Assembly (NCBI GenBank): GCA_963693365.1
Contig: CAVNZM010000008.1
Span: 9,481,696-9,545,695, forward strand
Direction: 5' to 3'
DNA: 64,000 bases
Origin: Amoebidium appalachense
Taxonomy: Eukaryota > Protista > Ichthyosporea
Shown here: piece by piece, positions 55,665 to 64,000 of the stretch
How the letters are laid out: the number at the start of each line of letters is the position of its first letter
How positions within the stretch are numbered: position 1 is the first letter of the stretch
Position numbers and translations under genes: made by a program
Notes under the pieces: generated by a model
Databases searched by the model: none
Seen by the model: the letters and a program-made list of their open reading frames with translations, nothing else
What the model was told of the DNA's origin: nothing

Positions 55665-55674
55665 TGTGGGGCAT
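54991..55674 (-). CDS. tnpA: IS607 TnpA serine recombinase with MerR-like HTH, 227 aa
   Basis: YGVSGSSLRRWANQG..RTPGNVRLY, YARVSS (catalytic Ser), DLDRQ, DVGSGVNFKRRGL, AHKDRLCR, ELAEDL. Confidence 0.95.
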   Translation of the reverse strand: MPHNGTKYISGLQSRKKYGVSGSSLRRWANQGRIRIVRTPGNVRLYNTSDIDTLLGCETDTRTDRVDVAYARVSSHKQRTDLDRQVQYLRERCPNHEIVTDVGSGVNFKRRGLLSILERASKGNVREIVVAHKDRLCRLAGDLLWWILEAYGVKIVVLNHADESNTDELAEDLIAVTTHFVCKHHGRRKYGNKCNGTEGSGKERQKTKAHGIETHEERAETLFEGSS

Positions 55675-55961
55675 ACTATAAGGTATAGAAAATATTTGAA
55701 GTTGCCCAACATTGGCAGTTTCAGATAACAAGAATAGGTGTGCCCTTTGTGACACTTGCAGTGGGTTGTTGTTGTTGCCTTTTACAACCACCGCTCTGGA
55801 CACAAGATCGAACAGCTATCAAATTGACCATATATATGACAAAGAAAAACAAGGTTGCCAAAGATCATTGTAGCAGTGCCCTGCACACGGGGCAACTGGA
55901 AATACATGTTTTAGGGCTCGTAGCCCACCCGGACAAAATTATTTTCTAGTATAAGATAATA

Positions 55962-57302
55962 ATGATAAACATTGACGAGGCCGCACGTACTTCGTTTCTC
56001 AATGTTACGGATGGATTACCGCGCTTTGCCCCATCAAGCTCCATTGGTTCCTGGTGTGACAAAGATGCCATTATTGCTTTTTTGAGGACAAAGGTAGCTC
56101 GCGTTCTAAATAGCAATGTGTATGTGGTAAAAATCAACAAGGGGAGACGTACCACTTTTGATTTCCAATCCAGGGAGGCAGTCAACGGGACTCTGTCCGC
56201 CATGAGATTCACCTATCCGAATGGGAAAAAAGACGCTGTTTACTTGGGGAAGGACTATCTATGCGAACCCACAATAACATGGTTCAACGACGCTGTTTTT
56301 GACCCGGCTGATCTCAAGTGCGAGAAGGACGAGAACTACGCCTGCTTCAATACATATGGCGGCATGGCGTTTTCACCTATTGACGGTTTCCGAGTGGACT
56401 CACATAAAGTGGGACCCTTTCTCTGGCACCTACACAACATTATGGCCAACGGTGACCCCATCATGGGCGGGTTTCTTCTTAATTGGATTGCACATATCAT
56501 CCAGCATCCAGGACAAAAGCCTGATAGTTGTTGTCTTTTCAAAAGTGTCCAAGGGACGGGAAAAAACATGTTTTGGAACATATTCAGCAAGTTATTGGGT
56601 CCCGCCTTGGTTGTAACCGTGAACAGCAAACACCGATTGGTTGGGAATTTCAATGCACACCTCGCGGATAAGCTGCTTGTGTTGGTCGATGAAGTGACCT
56701 TTGGGGGGGAACACACAGTCAACAACCAGCTCAAAAATATGATAACAGACACGACAATGGTTATCGAGCGAAAAGGCATCGACCAAATGGTCCGACGGTC
56801 CTGTGAGCGCTACGTGTTTATGTCAAACGAGGACTGGCCACTGCGTGTTGAAGCCAGCGACCGCCGCTCTGCCTGCTTTGAGGTCTCACCTGCAAAAGTC
56901 AACGACACGGCATACTTCAACAACCTCTGGACACACTATGAGGATCAAGATGCTCTACACCACCTCTTCCAATTTCTGCACCAACACCGTCCTAATGGGA
57001 ATCCAATCTTGCTTTATCTCCGCCCACCGAACTCCAAGTTGAAGGAGCGTCTGAAATCGTTTTCCCGATCTGACTGTCTGTCCTTTTTGAAGGATGTTGT
57101 CATGGGGGAGGACAGCTGCGAAAGAATGGCCCTCACCGACGGAAAGTTTGTGACAGCAACCGAGATCCACCTTCATCTTCAAGAGTGGATGCGCTTAAAC
57201 GGCAAGAACCCGCAGACAGCCAGCCTGCGACAAGTGGGCGAATGCCTCTCGAAGCTTTTCGGGGACAAAGTTAATGGAATGACAAGTGGGCGAGCTTATT
57301 GA
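55962..57302 (+). CDS. SF3 / D5-like primase-associated helicase (DUF5906-type)
   Basis: FNTYGG, NWIAHIIQHPGQK, Walker A QGTGKN, FN..L, Walker B LVLVDE, LKNMIT, motif C MSN, DRR. Confidence 0.88.
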   Translation: MINIDEAARTSFLNVTDGLPRFAPSSSIGSWCDKDAIIAFLRTKVARVLNSNVYVVKINKGRRTTFDFQSREAVNGTLSAMRFTYPNGKKDAVYLGKDYLCEPTITWFNDAVFDPADLKCEKDENYACFNTYGGMAFSPIDGFRVDSHKVGPFLWHLHNIMANGDPIMGGFLLNWIAHIIQHPGQKPDSCCLFKSVQGTGKNMFWNIFSKLLGPALVVTVNSKHRLVGNFNAHLADKLLVLVDEVTFGGEHTVNNQLKNMITDTTMVIERKGIDQMVRRSCERYVFMSNEDWPLRVEASDRRSACFEVSPAKVNDTAYFNNLWTHYEDQDALHHLFQFLHQHRPNGNPILLYLRPPNSKLKERLKSFSRSDCLSFLKDVVMGEDSCERMALTDGKFVTATEIHLHLQEWMRLNGKNPQTASLRQVGECLSKLFGDKVNGMTSGRAY

Positions 57303-57484
57303 CAACCTCGCCGACATGCAGCACGACCACAACGACTTTGTGCGGGAGATCGTGCGGCTGCGTTGGACGGTCATGCACATGGGCGAGGACCTGCGCCGCA
57401 TGCAGCAGCATCCACCCGTGGAGCCCTCCTCGCCACGGTGGCAGTGGAACGCGCCCCGCTAGCGGTATTTTCCACGCGTCAGGT

Positions 57485-58456
57485 ATGTCGTATGAACCCT
57501 CGACGCTGAAGGGATACCTAGCCGCCAACCATGATCTGCGGGCAAATGTTGTGAATCGCGGCAAACCGGCGCAGGCCAAGAATCAAGTCGAAGCACTCGG
57601 TGGGGGAAACCCGCCGATCCTTGCCCCCGAAGACCGCCAGAAGCTCCTGGGATGGCTGGCACGCGCCAGCACCGACCTCAAAGAGATACTGCTCGTGGAC
57701 CGCGAGGAGGTGACCACGACCCATGCTCACATGGCTGCAAACCAGAAGGTGCTGCTGTACGGACCGGCCGGTGGCGGCAAGCTGCACTGTGTCTTCTCGG
57801 TGTGTCGGCGGGTCGGCGTTTTTCCGTGGGTGGTCATGGTAGGCGAGCTGCTGAACACGGAGAACCTGCCCTTGCTAAACTGGATTGCACAGCACGATCG
57901 ACGAGGAGCCCTTGTTGTGCGAGATGCCCACAACCTGACGGAGCAGAGCATCTCGGTGCTTGTGCTCGGCCTAGCGTACGCGATTCCCATCATCGGGCTC
58001 GCGAGCACGGCATCGGAGGCGTCGTGTGCGACACGCAAGTACTTTGATGCGACTGTACACTGGCCGGCTCTGCGCGAGTCGGAGGCTAAGCTGTGTATGC
58101 AGCTGTTCGAGACCGAATTACTTGAAAGGGATCAGGATGTGTTCAAGGGCCTCCTTGTTGCCGCTGAAGACCTGACGGTTGGTGCACTGGTGGGAGCCCT
58201 ACAGGTGGCAAGACGTACCCTCGCCGAACAAATGTCTGTTTGTGCAGTCGGGAGGGGCGATGACGGTGCGGTGTTTTTTGACACGCGTGCTGATGTACAA
58301 AGAGTTGTTCTAGCGGATGCCGGCGACAAGTTAAACTGGAACGCGCTTAGCTCAAGCGTACCCCATACCATCTATGCAGTCATGCTCCTGTTGGCATGGG
58401 TCCAGGGCATGCTCTTGTCACCTGTCGACGCAACCGATTTTGCTTGCTACAGGTAG
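57485..58456 (+). CDS. Divergent AAA-like P-loop protein
   Basis: VLLYGPAGGGK Walker A lacking the S/T, LVVRDAH degenerate Walker B, YFDATVHWP. Start at MSYEP. Confidence 0.65.
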   Translation: MSYEPSTLKGYLAANHDLRANVVNRGKPAQAKNQVEALGGGNPPILAPEDRQKLLGWLARASTDLKEILLVDREEVTTTHAHMAANQKVLLYGPAGGGKLHCVFSVCRRVGVFPWVVMVGELLNTENLPLLNWIAQHDRRGALVVRDAHNLTEQSISVLVLGLAYAIPIIGLASTASEASCATRKYFDATVHWPALRESEAKLCMQLFETELLERDQDVFKGLLVAAEDLTVGALVGALQVARRTLAEQMSVCAVGRGDDGAVFFDTRADVQRVVLADAGDKLNWNALSSSVPHTIYAVMLLLAWVQGMLLSPVDATDFACYR

Positions 58457-58457
58457 A

Positions 58458-58766
58458 ATGGATCTGGACGAGTACACCCGAAGTCTGCTTACCACAGACC
58501 TCAATCCGGGGCCTATTAGTAAAGAAGAGGCAAGAGGCTATTCCGAATCGAATGTTTCATCGCTTCGCTGCCTCCTGTTTGCCATCCAGCTTTGGCTGGT
58601 CCGCGATCCTCAAACCCCCTTGGACCTGGTCGTGGATGACTCAGGGCAGACCCCGGCGCTGGTGGTTCCTGGTCTGGATTGGCGCGTTTTGAAGCTCCCG
58701 CTCTTTGCCCCGGCTTTCGCGATCCCGTATCCGGTTGCCAAACCACGTCGTTTGTGCAGCACGTGA
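58458..58766 (+). CDS. Small hypothetical protein (102 aa)
   Basis: ATG 1 nt after the upstream stop; plausible composition; no recognised motif. Confidence 0.45.
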   Translation: MDLDEYTRSLLTTDLNPGPISKEEARGYSESNVSSLRCLLFAIQLWLVRDPQTPLDLVVDDSGQTPALVVPGLDWRVLKLPLFAPAFAIPYPVAKPRRLCST

Positions 58767-58813
58767 ACGACCGAACCTACGACACAGACGAGCTTGCCGA
58801 TCCGGTGACGGCC

Positions 58814-59494
58814 ATGGTCCCGGGCATCCGGAGCATGATGCTCGCCCGGCCCCGCACGCACGCACGGCACCCCGTGCCACCGGCCACCATGGCCGAGGCT
58901 GTGACGCGCGTGGACCCCGCCTTCGACAAGGTGGCCGCCCAGTTCGCCGACTTGGTGCGGGCGAGCACCCCGAAGGACTCGGTGGAGGTGCTCAAGCGCG
59001 ACCGCGAGATCAAGCTGCTGCAGCAGTGCCTGCTGGAGCTCGAGCTCGAGTACTTCCGGCTGCAGGCCGAGAACGAACACCTGAAGGAGCAGGAGGCCGC
59101 CATGGAGAAGAACTTCCTGCTGCCATGGTTCAAGGCGCAGGAGGACGTCTCGCAGCGCATGGCAATGTTCGAGGCGGCCGAGCGCGACGAGTACTCGCGC
59201 ATGCGCAACTTCCAGCAGCAGGTGTCGGTGCAGGCGTTCAACAGCAGCCTGCAGGCACAGAACAACGCGCTGCTTGCGGCGTCGGGGGCGGCCATCAACG
59301 CCCGCCCGACAGCGGACTTTGCGGCGATGCTCTCCCGCAAGCGCGAGCTGGATCTGGACGACTTTGAGGAGAGCATGAAGCGCATACGCATGGCAGAGGA
59401 CCAGCAGAAGGCAGCCACCATCAACCCCGACACCTACCGCGACAACATGACCATGCGGGAGGGCGTGACCTTCCCGTATTCGGGCGCGAAGTGA
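58814..59494 (+). CDS. Hypothetical coiled-coil protein (alternative start 58889)
   Basis: Very strong G/C-ending codon bias and a long E/Q/L/A helical stretch; CCACCATGG context at 58889. Confidence 0.75.
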   Translation: MVPGIRSMMLARPRTHARHPVPPATMAEAVTRVDPAFDKVAAQFADLVRASTPKDSVEVLKRDREIKLLQQCLLELELEYFRLQAENEHLKEQEAAMEKNFLLPWFKAQEDVSQRMAMFEAAERDEYSRMRNFQQQVSVQAFNSSLQAQNNALLAASGAAINARPTADFAAMLSRKRELDLDDFEESMKRIRMAEDQQKAATINPDTYRDNMTMREGVTFPYSGAK

Positions 59495-59551
59495 ACAAAA
59501 CCTAAAAACAGAGTTTGCGTTTCGGCTGCAAGGTGAGCGCCGGCGCCGAAA

Positions 59552-59917
59552 ATGCATGCAAGAACCATGACCCGCCGGCGACACTCCTCCACGGCTAAAA
59601 CCTGCAAGAAACGCAAGGGAAAGAGACGTTGCTCAAGCAGGCACACCCACAAACGGGCGGCCAAGCGGCGTAGCTCGCGCAGCGACAGAGAGCGCAGGCG
59701 CCATCGGTACAGGACGCAGTGGCGCACCAAGTACCTCGTGCTGCCTTCCCGCTTTTATGGTGACAGGCAGCGCACATCTCCAAGCGCTCCCACCACAAAG
59801 TATGACCCACCGGTGCGCACGACCTCGAAGGCTTCAGGGTGTGGCTACAATGTCGGCCCCGGCGAAACTGGTCGGCCATGCAAAAACATCCATGACGTAG
59901 CCGAACCGGAGTTTTGA
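59552..59917 (+). CDS. Small Arg/Lys/Ser-rich basic protein, protamine- or core-like
   Basis: RRRHSS..KKRKGKRRCSSRHTHKRAAKRRSSRSDRERRRHRYR; AAAATG start. Confidence 0.6.
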   Translation: MHARTMTRRRHSSTAKTCKKRKGKRRCSSRHTHKRAAKRRSSRSDRERRRHRYRTQWRTKYLVLPSRFYGDRQRTSPSAPTTKYDPPVRTTSKASGCGYNVGPGETGRPCKNIHDVAEPEF

Positions 59918-60075
59918 TCTGGATCTAATTATATCTGATTTTCAATCGGTTGCGCGCGATCCGATTGGTCGGCATGGGTCGACCGATCTGATTGGCTGGC
60001 ATAAAACGTGGCTTCCTCACTTCGCTCCGGATCGCGCCGGCACGGCCAGCCCCATCTGAACTGCCTGCCGCGAAC

Positions 60076-60786
60076 ATGCATGTCTTTTGTCTGTTCTTGC
60101 TTGTGCTTGGGTGTAAGATACGTGCTCAGACGTTGTCCCGCTACGGTTCTGGGGATGGAAACGTGCTGTTTGCATACGAAGGGGTGGCCAACATAGACCG
60201 CTATCCCGATGTTGCACATCTCGCACACAGCCACATTGTGAGGGTGACGCATGCAGTTACGGGCGTCGGTTGGACATCAGGGACATACATACCGGACGGG
60301 ACAGGCAACGGAGTGTTTGTGCTGACGTGTGCGCACGGGCCCCCCACCAGGCACCCGGACCAGCTGGCGGTGGTGTTCCCGGACGGCACCGTATCCAACG
60401 CCACTGTGCGATACAGGAGCGCTGAGCATGACTTTGCCATCCTCCATTCGGTATACGCACATGGGATGCACGACGACCGCTTTTGTCGCTACTACGCACC
60501 CCCCGCTGCCCCTGGCATGTCCGTGCTGGCCATCGGGCTCCCTGCGGGATACAGGGGTGTGCAGTTCAGTGTGGGGACGCTCTTGGACATACAGGGTTCC
60601 ACGCAGGAACTTGTGTTCAGCGGGGCCGTAGACCGTGGGAATTCGGGGGGGCCCCTTGTGGACATGCGTGGGTGTTTGATAGGCGTTGTCACGAGGCGCA
60701 GGTACCGCATGAATGGCAGGGAGGTGTTTATTGGGATAGCGGTGTCTATTGCGGCCGCCCTGGAGGCGGATGCGCGCGGGTATTAA
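60076..60786 (+). CDS. Trypsin-like serine protease with signal peptide
   Basis: MHVFCLFLLVLG signal; catalytic triad motifs LTCAH, HDFAIL, GNSGGPL. Confidence 0.9.
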   Translation: MHVFCLFLLVLGCKIRAQTLSRYGSGDGNVLFAYEGVANIDRYPDVAHLAHSHIVRVTHAVTGVGWTSGTYIPDGTGNGVFVLTCAHGPPTRHPDQLAVVFPDGTVSNATVRYRSAEHDFAILHSVYAHGMHDDRFCRYYAPPAAPGMSVLAIGLPAGYRGVQFSVGTLLDIQGSTQELVFSGAVDRGNSGGPLVDMRGCLIGVVTRRRYRMNGREVFIGIAVSIAAALEADARGY

Positions 60787-60814
60787 AGCAGTCGCACGGG
60801 CAGTGCCCGTCACA

Positions 60815-61492
60815 ATGGACCTGATTTCGCGCCTGAAACAGCACGAGCTGCCGTACCCACAGGGCTCCCAGGCATGGCTGCGGGAGCGCTCCTGCATGCT
60901 GACTGCCTCCGACGTGGGTGCGGCTCTGGGGGTCAACCCATACGAGACCCGCCAGGACCTTATACGGCACAAGGCGGGCCTGGAGAGGCGCTGCGTGGAC
61001 CCTGTCTTTGTTGCGTTCGGCCACAAGTACGAGGATGAGGCGGCTGATGCGTACGCCCGGAGCACAGGCCGGTCGTGTTTCTCCCTCGGGCTGGTGCGGC
61101 ACCCCGTGCATCGGTGGCTGGGCGCGAGTCCGGACCGGGTGACGTTCTGTGGGCGCGTGGTGGAGATCAAGGTGCCCTACAGGCGCAGGTTCATGGAGGG
61201 GCAGGAGATCCCGGGACACTACCTGGCGCAGGTGCAGACGCAGCTGTTTGTCCTGGATCTGGACGTCGCGGACTTCGTGCAGTACGATCCACGCGACGGC
61301 TCGCTTAGGGTGGACGAGGTTTTGCGGGACCCCAACTGGTGGAGGGACAACGGACGCAGCCTGATGGCATTCCAGGGGAAGGTGCTGGACGTGCGTGCCG
61401 ACCACGAGCTGCAGGCGTGGGAGGAGGAGGAGCCAGCCGAGCCAGGCAAGTGCATGGTGCCATCCACGACGACACTCATGGGCTCTTCTTGA
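60815..61492 (+). CDS. YqaJ-like viral recombinase / lambda-exonuclease family
   Basis: QGSQAWL..R..LTASD..LGVNPY, GHKYE, WLGASPD, EIKVP, Y.AQVQ.QL. Confidence 0.93.
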   Translation: MDLISRLKQHELPYPQGSQAWLRERSCMLTASDVGAALGVNPYETRQDLIRHKAGLERRCVDPVFVAFGHKYEDEAADAYARSTGRSCFSLGLVRHPVHRWLGASPDRVTFCGRVVEIKVPYRRRFMEGQEIPGHYLAQVQTQLFVLDLDVADFVQYDPRDGSLRVDEVLRDPNWWRDNGRSLMAFQGKVLDVRADHELQAWEEEEPAEPGKCMVPSTTTLMGSS

Positions 61493-61703
61493 GCTTCCTG
61501 TTCACAAAGAACTTTAGGACCGGCAGCGGTACGAAGACAAGAACGTAGGGGTGGACGGCAAGGTAGACAAGCAGCAGACACCTGCTCAGCCAGTGCGCGT
61601 GACTCCTGTGGTCGGTGTGTACGTGTTGTGGTTCGCGCTGTTGTAGTGCTGGCGAAAACGGGTCGGAGGAGTGCATGGCGGTGTTTGGTGTAGGGCATAT
61701 ACA

Positions 61704-61937
61704 ATGTCACGGAAGGCCGGCGCCACGCAGTGCTGCAGAAACAGCCGCACGGCCGCGCGACGCAGGGCAAAGAGAGCCCGGGCAAAGCGGAAACGAAAAG
61801 CAAAGCGGCTACGAGGGCTGTGGGAGCCGGAGTACCACGTTCAAGACTACACGTGGGGTTTGCCATTCAGGACGGCTATGGCTGGGGGGGAGACAGTGAC
61901 TACGACATATCCTTTGAGATTGGTCAGAATGGTGTGA
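61704..61937 (+). CDS. Small basic protein (77 aa)
   Basis: RRRAKRARAKRKRKAKR; ACAATG start; AATAAA about 15 nt after the stop. Confidence 0.5.
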   Translation: MSRKAGATQCCRNSRTAARRRAKRARAKRKRKAKRLRGLWEPEYHVQDYTWGLPFRTAMAGGETVTTTYPLRLVRMV

Positions 61938-61990
61938 TCCCGTGTTTATTTGAATAAAACCGCCCTGCCAGAGGGAAGAGAAATCCACCC

Positions 61991-62392
61991 CTACTCGTCA
62001 TCTACAACGGACTCGGTTTCGATGTAGTTGTCCTTGTCGATGTGCTTTAGAGACTGCTTCGTGGCCACCTCCTCCTCGGGGACGGCGGAGAGAAATGCCA
62101 GGAGGTCGTTGGCCTGCTTGGTGTCCTTGAAGTACACCTCGAACTGCTTTCGCAGATAGTTCTCGCTCAGCGAGGGCTTCTTGACGGCCTCGTGGAGAAT
62201 CAACAGGTCCTTGGTGGGCAGTTCCAGTGACCGCACGTTCTCGGTGGACATATACTTGAGAATGGCCTTCTTTATCGTGTTCAGTTTTCGGCTGATGGGT
62301 TTGGTTTGTGCGCTCTGCTCCTTGAGCTGGGCGTGGAGCGTCGTGTAATCCCGGAGCACACCTTTCAGGCCGTCAATAGAGGATATTTCCAT
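61991..62392 (-). CDS. NCLDV small coiled-coil protein resembling DUF5760
   Basis: Pattern L..Y..L..QLK..IKKAILKYM..NVRSLEL..KKPSLSENYL..YF, recalled from giant-virus proteins; not database-verified. Confidence 0.7.
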   Translation of the reverse strand: MEISSIDGLKGVLRDYTTLHAQLKEQSAQTKPISRKLNTIKKAILKYMSTENVRSLELPTKDLLILHEAVKKPSLSENYLRKQFEVYFKDTKQANDLLAFLSAVPEEEVATKQSLKHIDKDNYIETESVVDDE

Positions 62393-62454
62393 GCCAGGAC
62401 GTCCCATTACCAGTGGAACAGAAAATAAATGGCAGCCCAAGATGCTACACATGT

Positions 62455-63756
62455 TCAATACATGTGCCGGTAGGGCGTGTTGTGGAGATACAACAGGTCC
62501 GCGCGCGTCACCTCATCCGGCAGGGCACTCTCGGGCACGCACGCACGCGTGTTCAGGAGCAGCAGCAGCGCAAAGACGTGCTTGAAAAACGCCAGGGCCA
62601 GCTCCTCTGCGGGAAGGCTCGCGTGGTTGATTCGCGCCAAAACACTGTACCAGTCCGGTGTCTCGTCGTGCATCAAGAAGCGCCTGTTCGGGGCGTTCAT
62701 GTGAGACAGGACGCGGTACAGGGCGGCACGGCTCAGTTGCTCGGCCCCTATGTACCAGGCGAACTCCGCGAGTTCAAAGAGGGCCGAGAGCGTGTGCTTG
62801 TCGTCGGCCGGGAGCTCGATGTTGCCCATGTGGAAGTACTGCAGGACACAGTGAAACACCCGTGTGGTTACTGCCAGACGAGGGCCTTCGGTGTGCTCCA
62901 TGTACCCGGTGCCCAGGAGCACCCTGAAGAAGCCGTTCGAATGGGACAAGAGTTCGGCGCAGGCATTCACGCTGCCGTCCAACAGGGTTATGTGCCTCCC
63001 ACCCGGAAAGTCGGCTAGGACACGCCTGTAAGGCGCTTGCTGGGTGGAATAGCCGAACAGTGCGTGCCGGGTTATGCGGTACAAGCTGATTCCCGAAGCC
63101 ATGTAGATTACAGGGCCAGACACGGCAATGTGCACGGCCGCGTGGGATTCGCCTGTAACTTCGGTGAACGGCCCCGCTACATATCCGACCCCGTGCACCG
63201 ACACCTCGAAGACGCACTGTGTCGTGGTGTCGAATATCCAGCTCCTGGTTTCTTCTCTGTCGTGCTTGTGGTAGCCGCGTGTGGACATGTGATTGCAGCA
63301 CCATACACCGCCTATCAGGGGCGACAGATCGCGGACGGGCATCGGGGGGCGGGGCGAACATGCTGGCACCCCATTCTCGAGGTATAGCTGTTGGTGGTCG
63401 TCAGCCACAAACCCCACTTGGTGTGCTTGTATGATGCCAGGGGTGTAGCTGTCAAGGACAATGTACTCCGTTGGAGATCCAGCTCGGCCGACAAGAACAG
63501 GGTCAACGAGTGTCCGGTCCGATGGGACAACGGCCGTGATGACCTTGATGCGTTTCCCTGGATTCAGCTCGGCACTCCGGTTAGTTATCCGACCGGCGTT
63601 GTTGACTTGAAAAACAAGATGTTCCATCGCCATGTACAATATACCATCCACCACGCCCAGACCGGTGATGTTGCGATCCAGGTTGGCGTAGGTGATGCGC
63701 TCGCATTTCATCACGTGGGGCACGGAGGCAGATTCGACTGTCGTCCACTGGTTCAT
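62455..63756 (-). CDS. BTB/POZ-domain protein with beta-rich N-terminal region
   Basis: ELLSHSNGFFRVLLGTGYME..VFHCVLQYFHMGNIEL..LFELAEFAWYIGAEQL is BTB-like. Confidence 0.75.
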   Translation of the reverse strand: MNQWTTVESASVPHVMKCERITYANLDRNITGLGVVDGILYMAMEHLVFQVNNAGRITNRSAELNPGKRIKVITAVVPSDRTLVDPVLVGRAGSPTEYIVLDSYTPGIIQAHQVGFVADDHQQLYLENGVPACSPRPPMPVRDLSPLIGGVWCCNHMSTRGYHKHDREETRSWIFDTTTQCVFEVSVHGVGYVAGPFTEVTGESHAAVHIAVSGPVIYMASGISLYRITRHALFGYSTQQAPYRRVLADFPGGRHITLLDGSVNACAELLSHSNGFFRVLLGTGYMEHTEGPRLAVTTRVFHCVLQYFHMGNIELPADDKHTLSALFELAEFAWYIGAEQLSRAALYRVLSHMNAPNRRFLMHDETPDWYSVLARINHASLPAEELALAFFKHVFALLLLLNTRACVPESALPDEVTRADLLYLHNTPYRHMY

Positions 63757-63792
63757 CTTGAATATGACACATGAGACATGGCAGGTCGTCGC

Positions 63793-64000
63793 TTATATAC
63801 CATCCACCGAATCCTGGATGGATGAGGATTGCAGGGCCTGTATGTAGCCATGGACCGCCTGTGTGTCCCCGGACAAGTCTTCCCGCGTGGGCTCGTGCGT
63901 TGCTTCAGGGTCTCCCTCCATCCCAAAACCACATGACCGTGCAAAGCAGTTTGTTGTAACGTGTGCTATCGTCCACAGGCCCGCCATTGCGTGTTGGTAT
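63793..64000 (-). CDS. 3' end of a hypothetical ORF running off the window
   Basis: Frame open to the window edge in a gene-dense region. Confidence 0.35.
   Translation of the reverse strand, partial: YQHAMAGLWTIAHVTTNCFARSCGFGMEGDPEATHEPTREDLSGDTQAVHGYIQALQSSSIQDSVDGI

Larger units (their letters stand above)
53618..55745 (-). mobile_element. IS607-family element (TnpA serine recombinase plus Fanzor2/TnpB); ends approximate
   Basis: Gene pair. Shared end motif TTG(C)CCAACAT at ~53638 and ~55702. No TIR or TSD, as expected for IS607. Candidate GG core dinucleotides near 53618-53632 and 55743-55745. Confidence 0.85.
50300..64000. mobile_element. Probable giant endogenous viral element (NCLDV-like), continuing beyond the window; left border uncertain (49.3-52.9 kb)
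   Basis: Abrupt loss of introns and microsatellites, tightly packed ORFs, NCLDV-type genes (D5-like SF3 helicase, YqaJ, DUF5760-like, BTB) and IS607-Fanzor2. No capsid or DNA polymerase gene in the window. Confidence 0.8.

Noticed and set aside
58610-59584. Long antisense ORFs over the GC-rich viral genes
   Set aside because: Shadow frames produced by high GC3 codon bias on the sense strand.

Overview
Eukaryotic genomic DNA in two sharply different parts. Positions 1 to ~48.6 kb are intron-rich host DNA full of poly-C/poly-G, (CA)n and (GA)n tracts, so almost all ORF-track entries there are repeat artefacts. Manual splicing recovers the 3' part of GMP synthase (+), a 3-exon secreted/GPI-type Cys-rich protein (+), a strongly degenerate IMPDH-like gene (-) and a ~12-exon alanine-glyoxylate aminotransferase (-). 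It also recovers an ~8.85-kb DNA transposon (TIRs plus TSD) whose spliced transposase is fused to an OTU deubiquitinase, a CXC cluster and a Myb-like region. From ~50 kb to the end the DNA is gene-dense, intronless and free of microsatellites, and looks like an endogenous giant-virus (NCLDV-like) insertion. It carries an SF3/D5-like helicase, an AAA-like ATPase, a YqaJ exonuclease, a DUF5760-like protein, a trypsin-like protease, a BTB protein and basic core-like proteins. It also holds an IS607 element whose TnpA is fully nested in a Fanzor2/TnpB reading frame. Near the left border are a 92-bp tandem array and a TTAGGG-containing array flanked by two convergent coiled-coil genes. The style would fit a unicellular holozoan such as an ichthyosporean, but the sequence alone does not establish the host. 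Family assignments come from motif recognition, not database searches.
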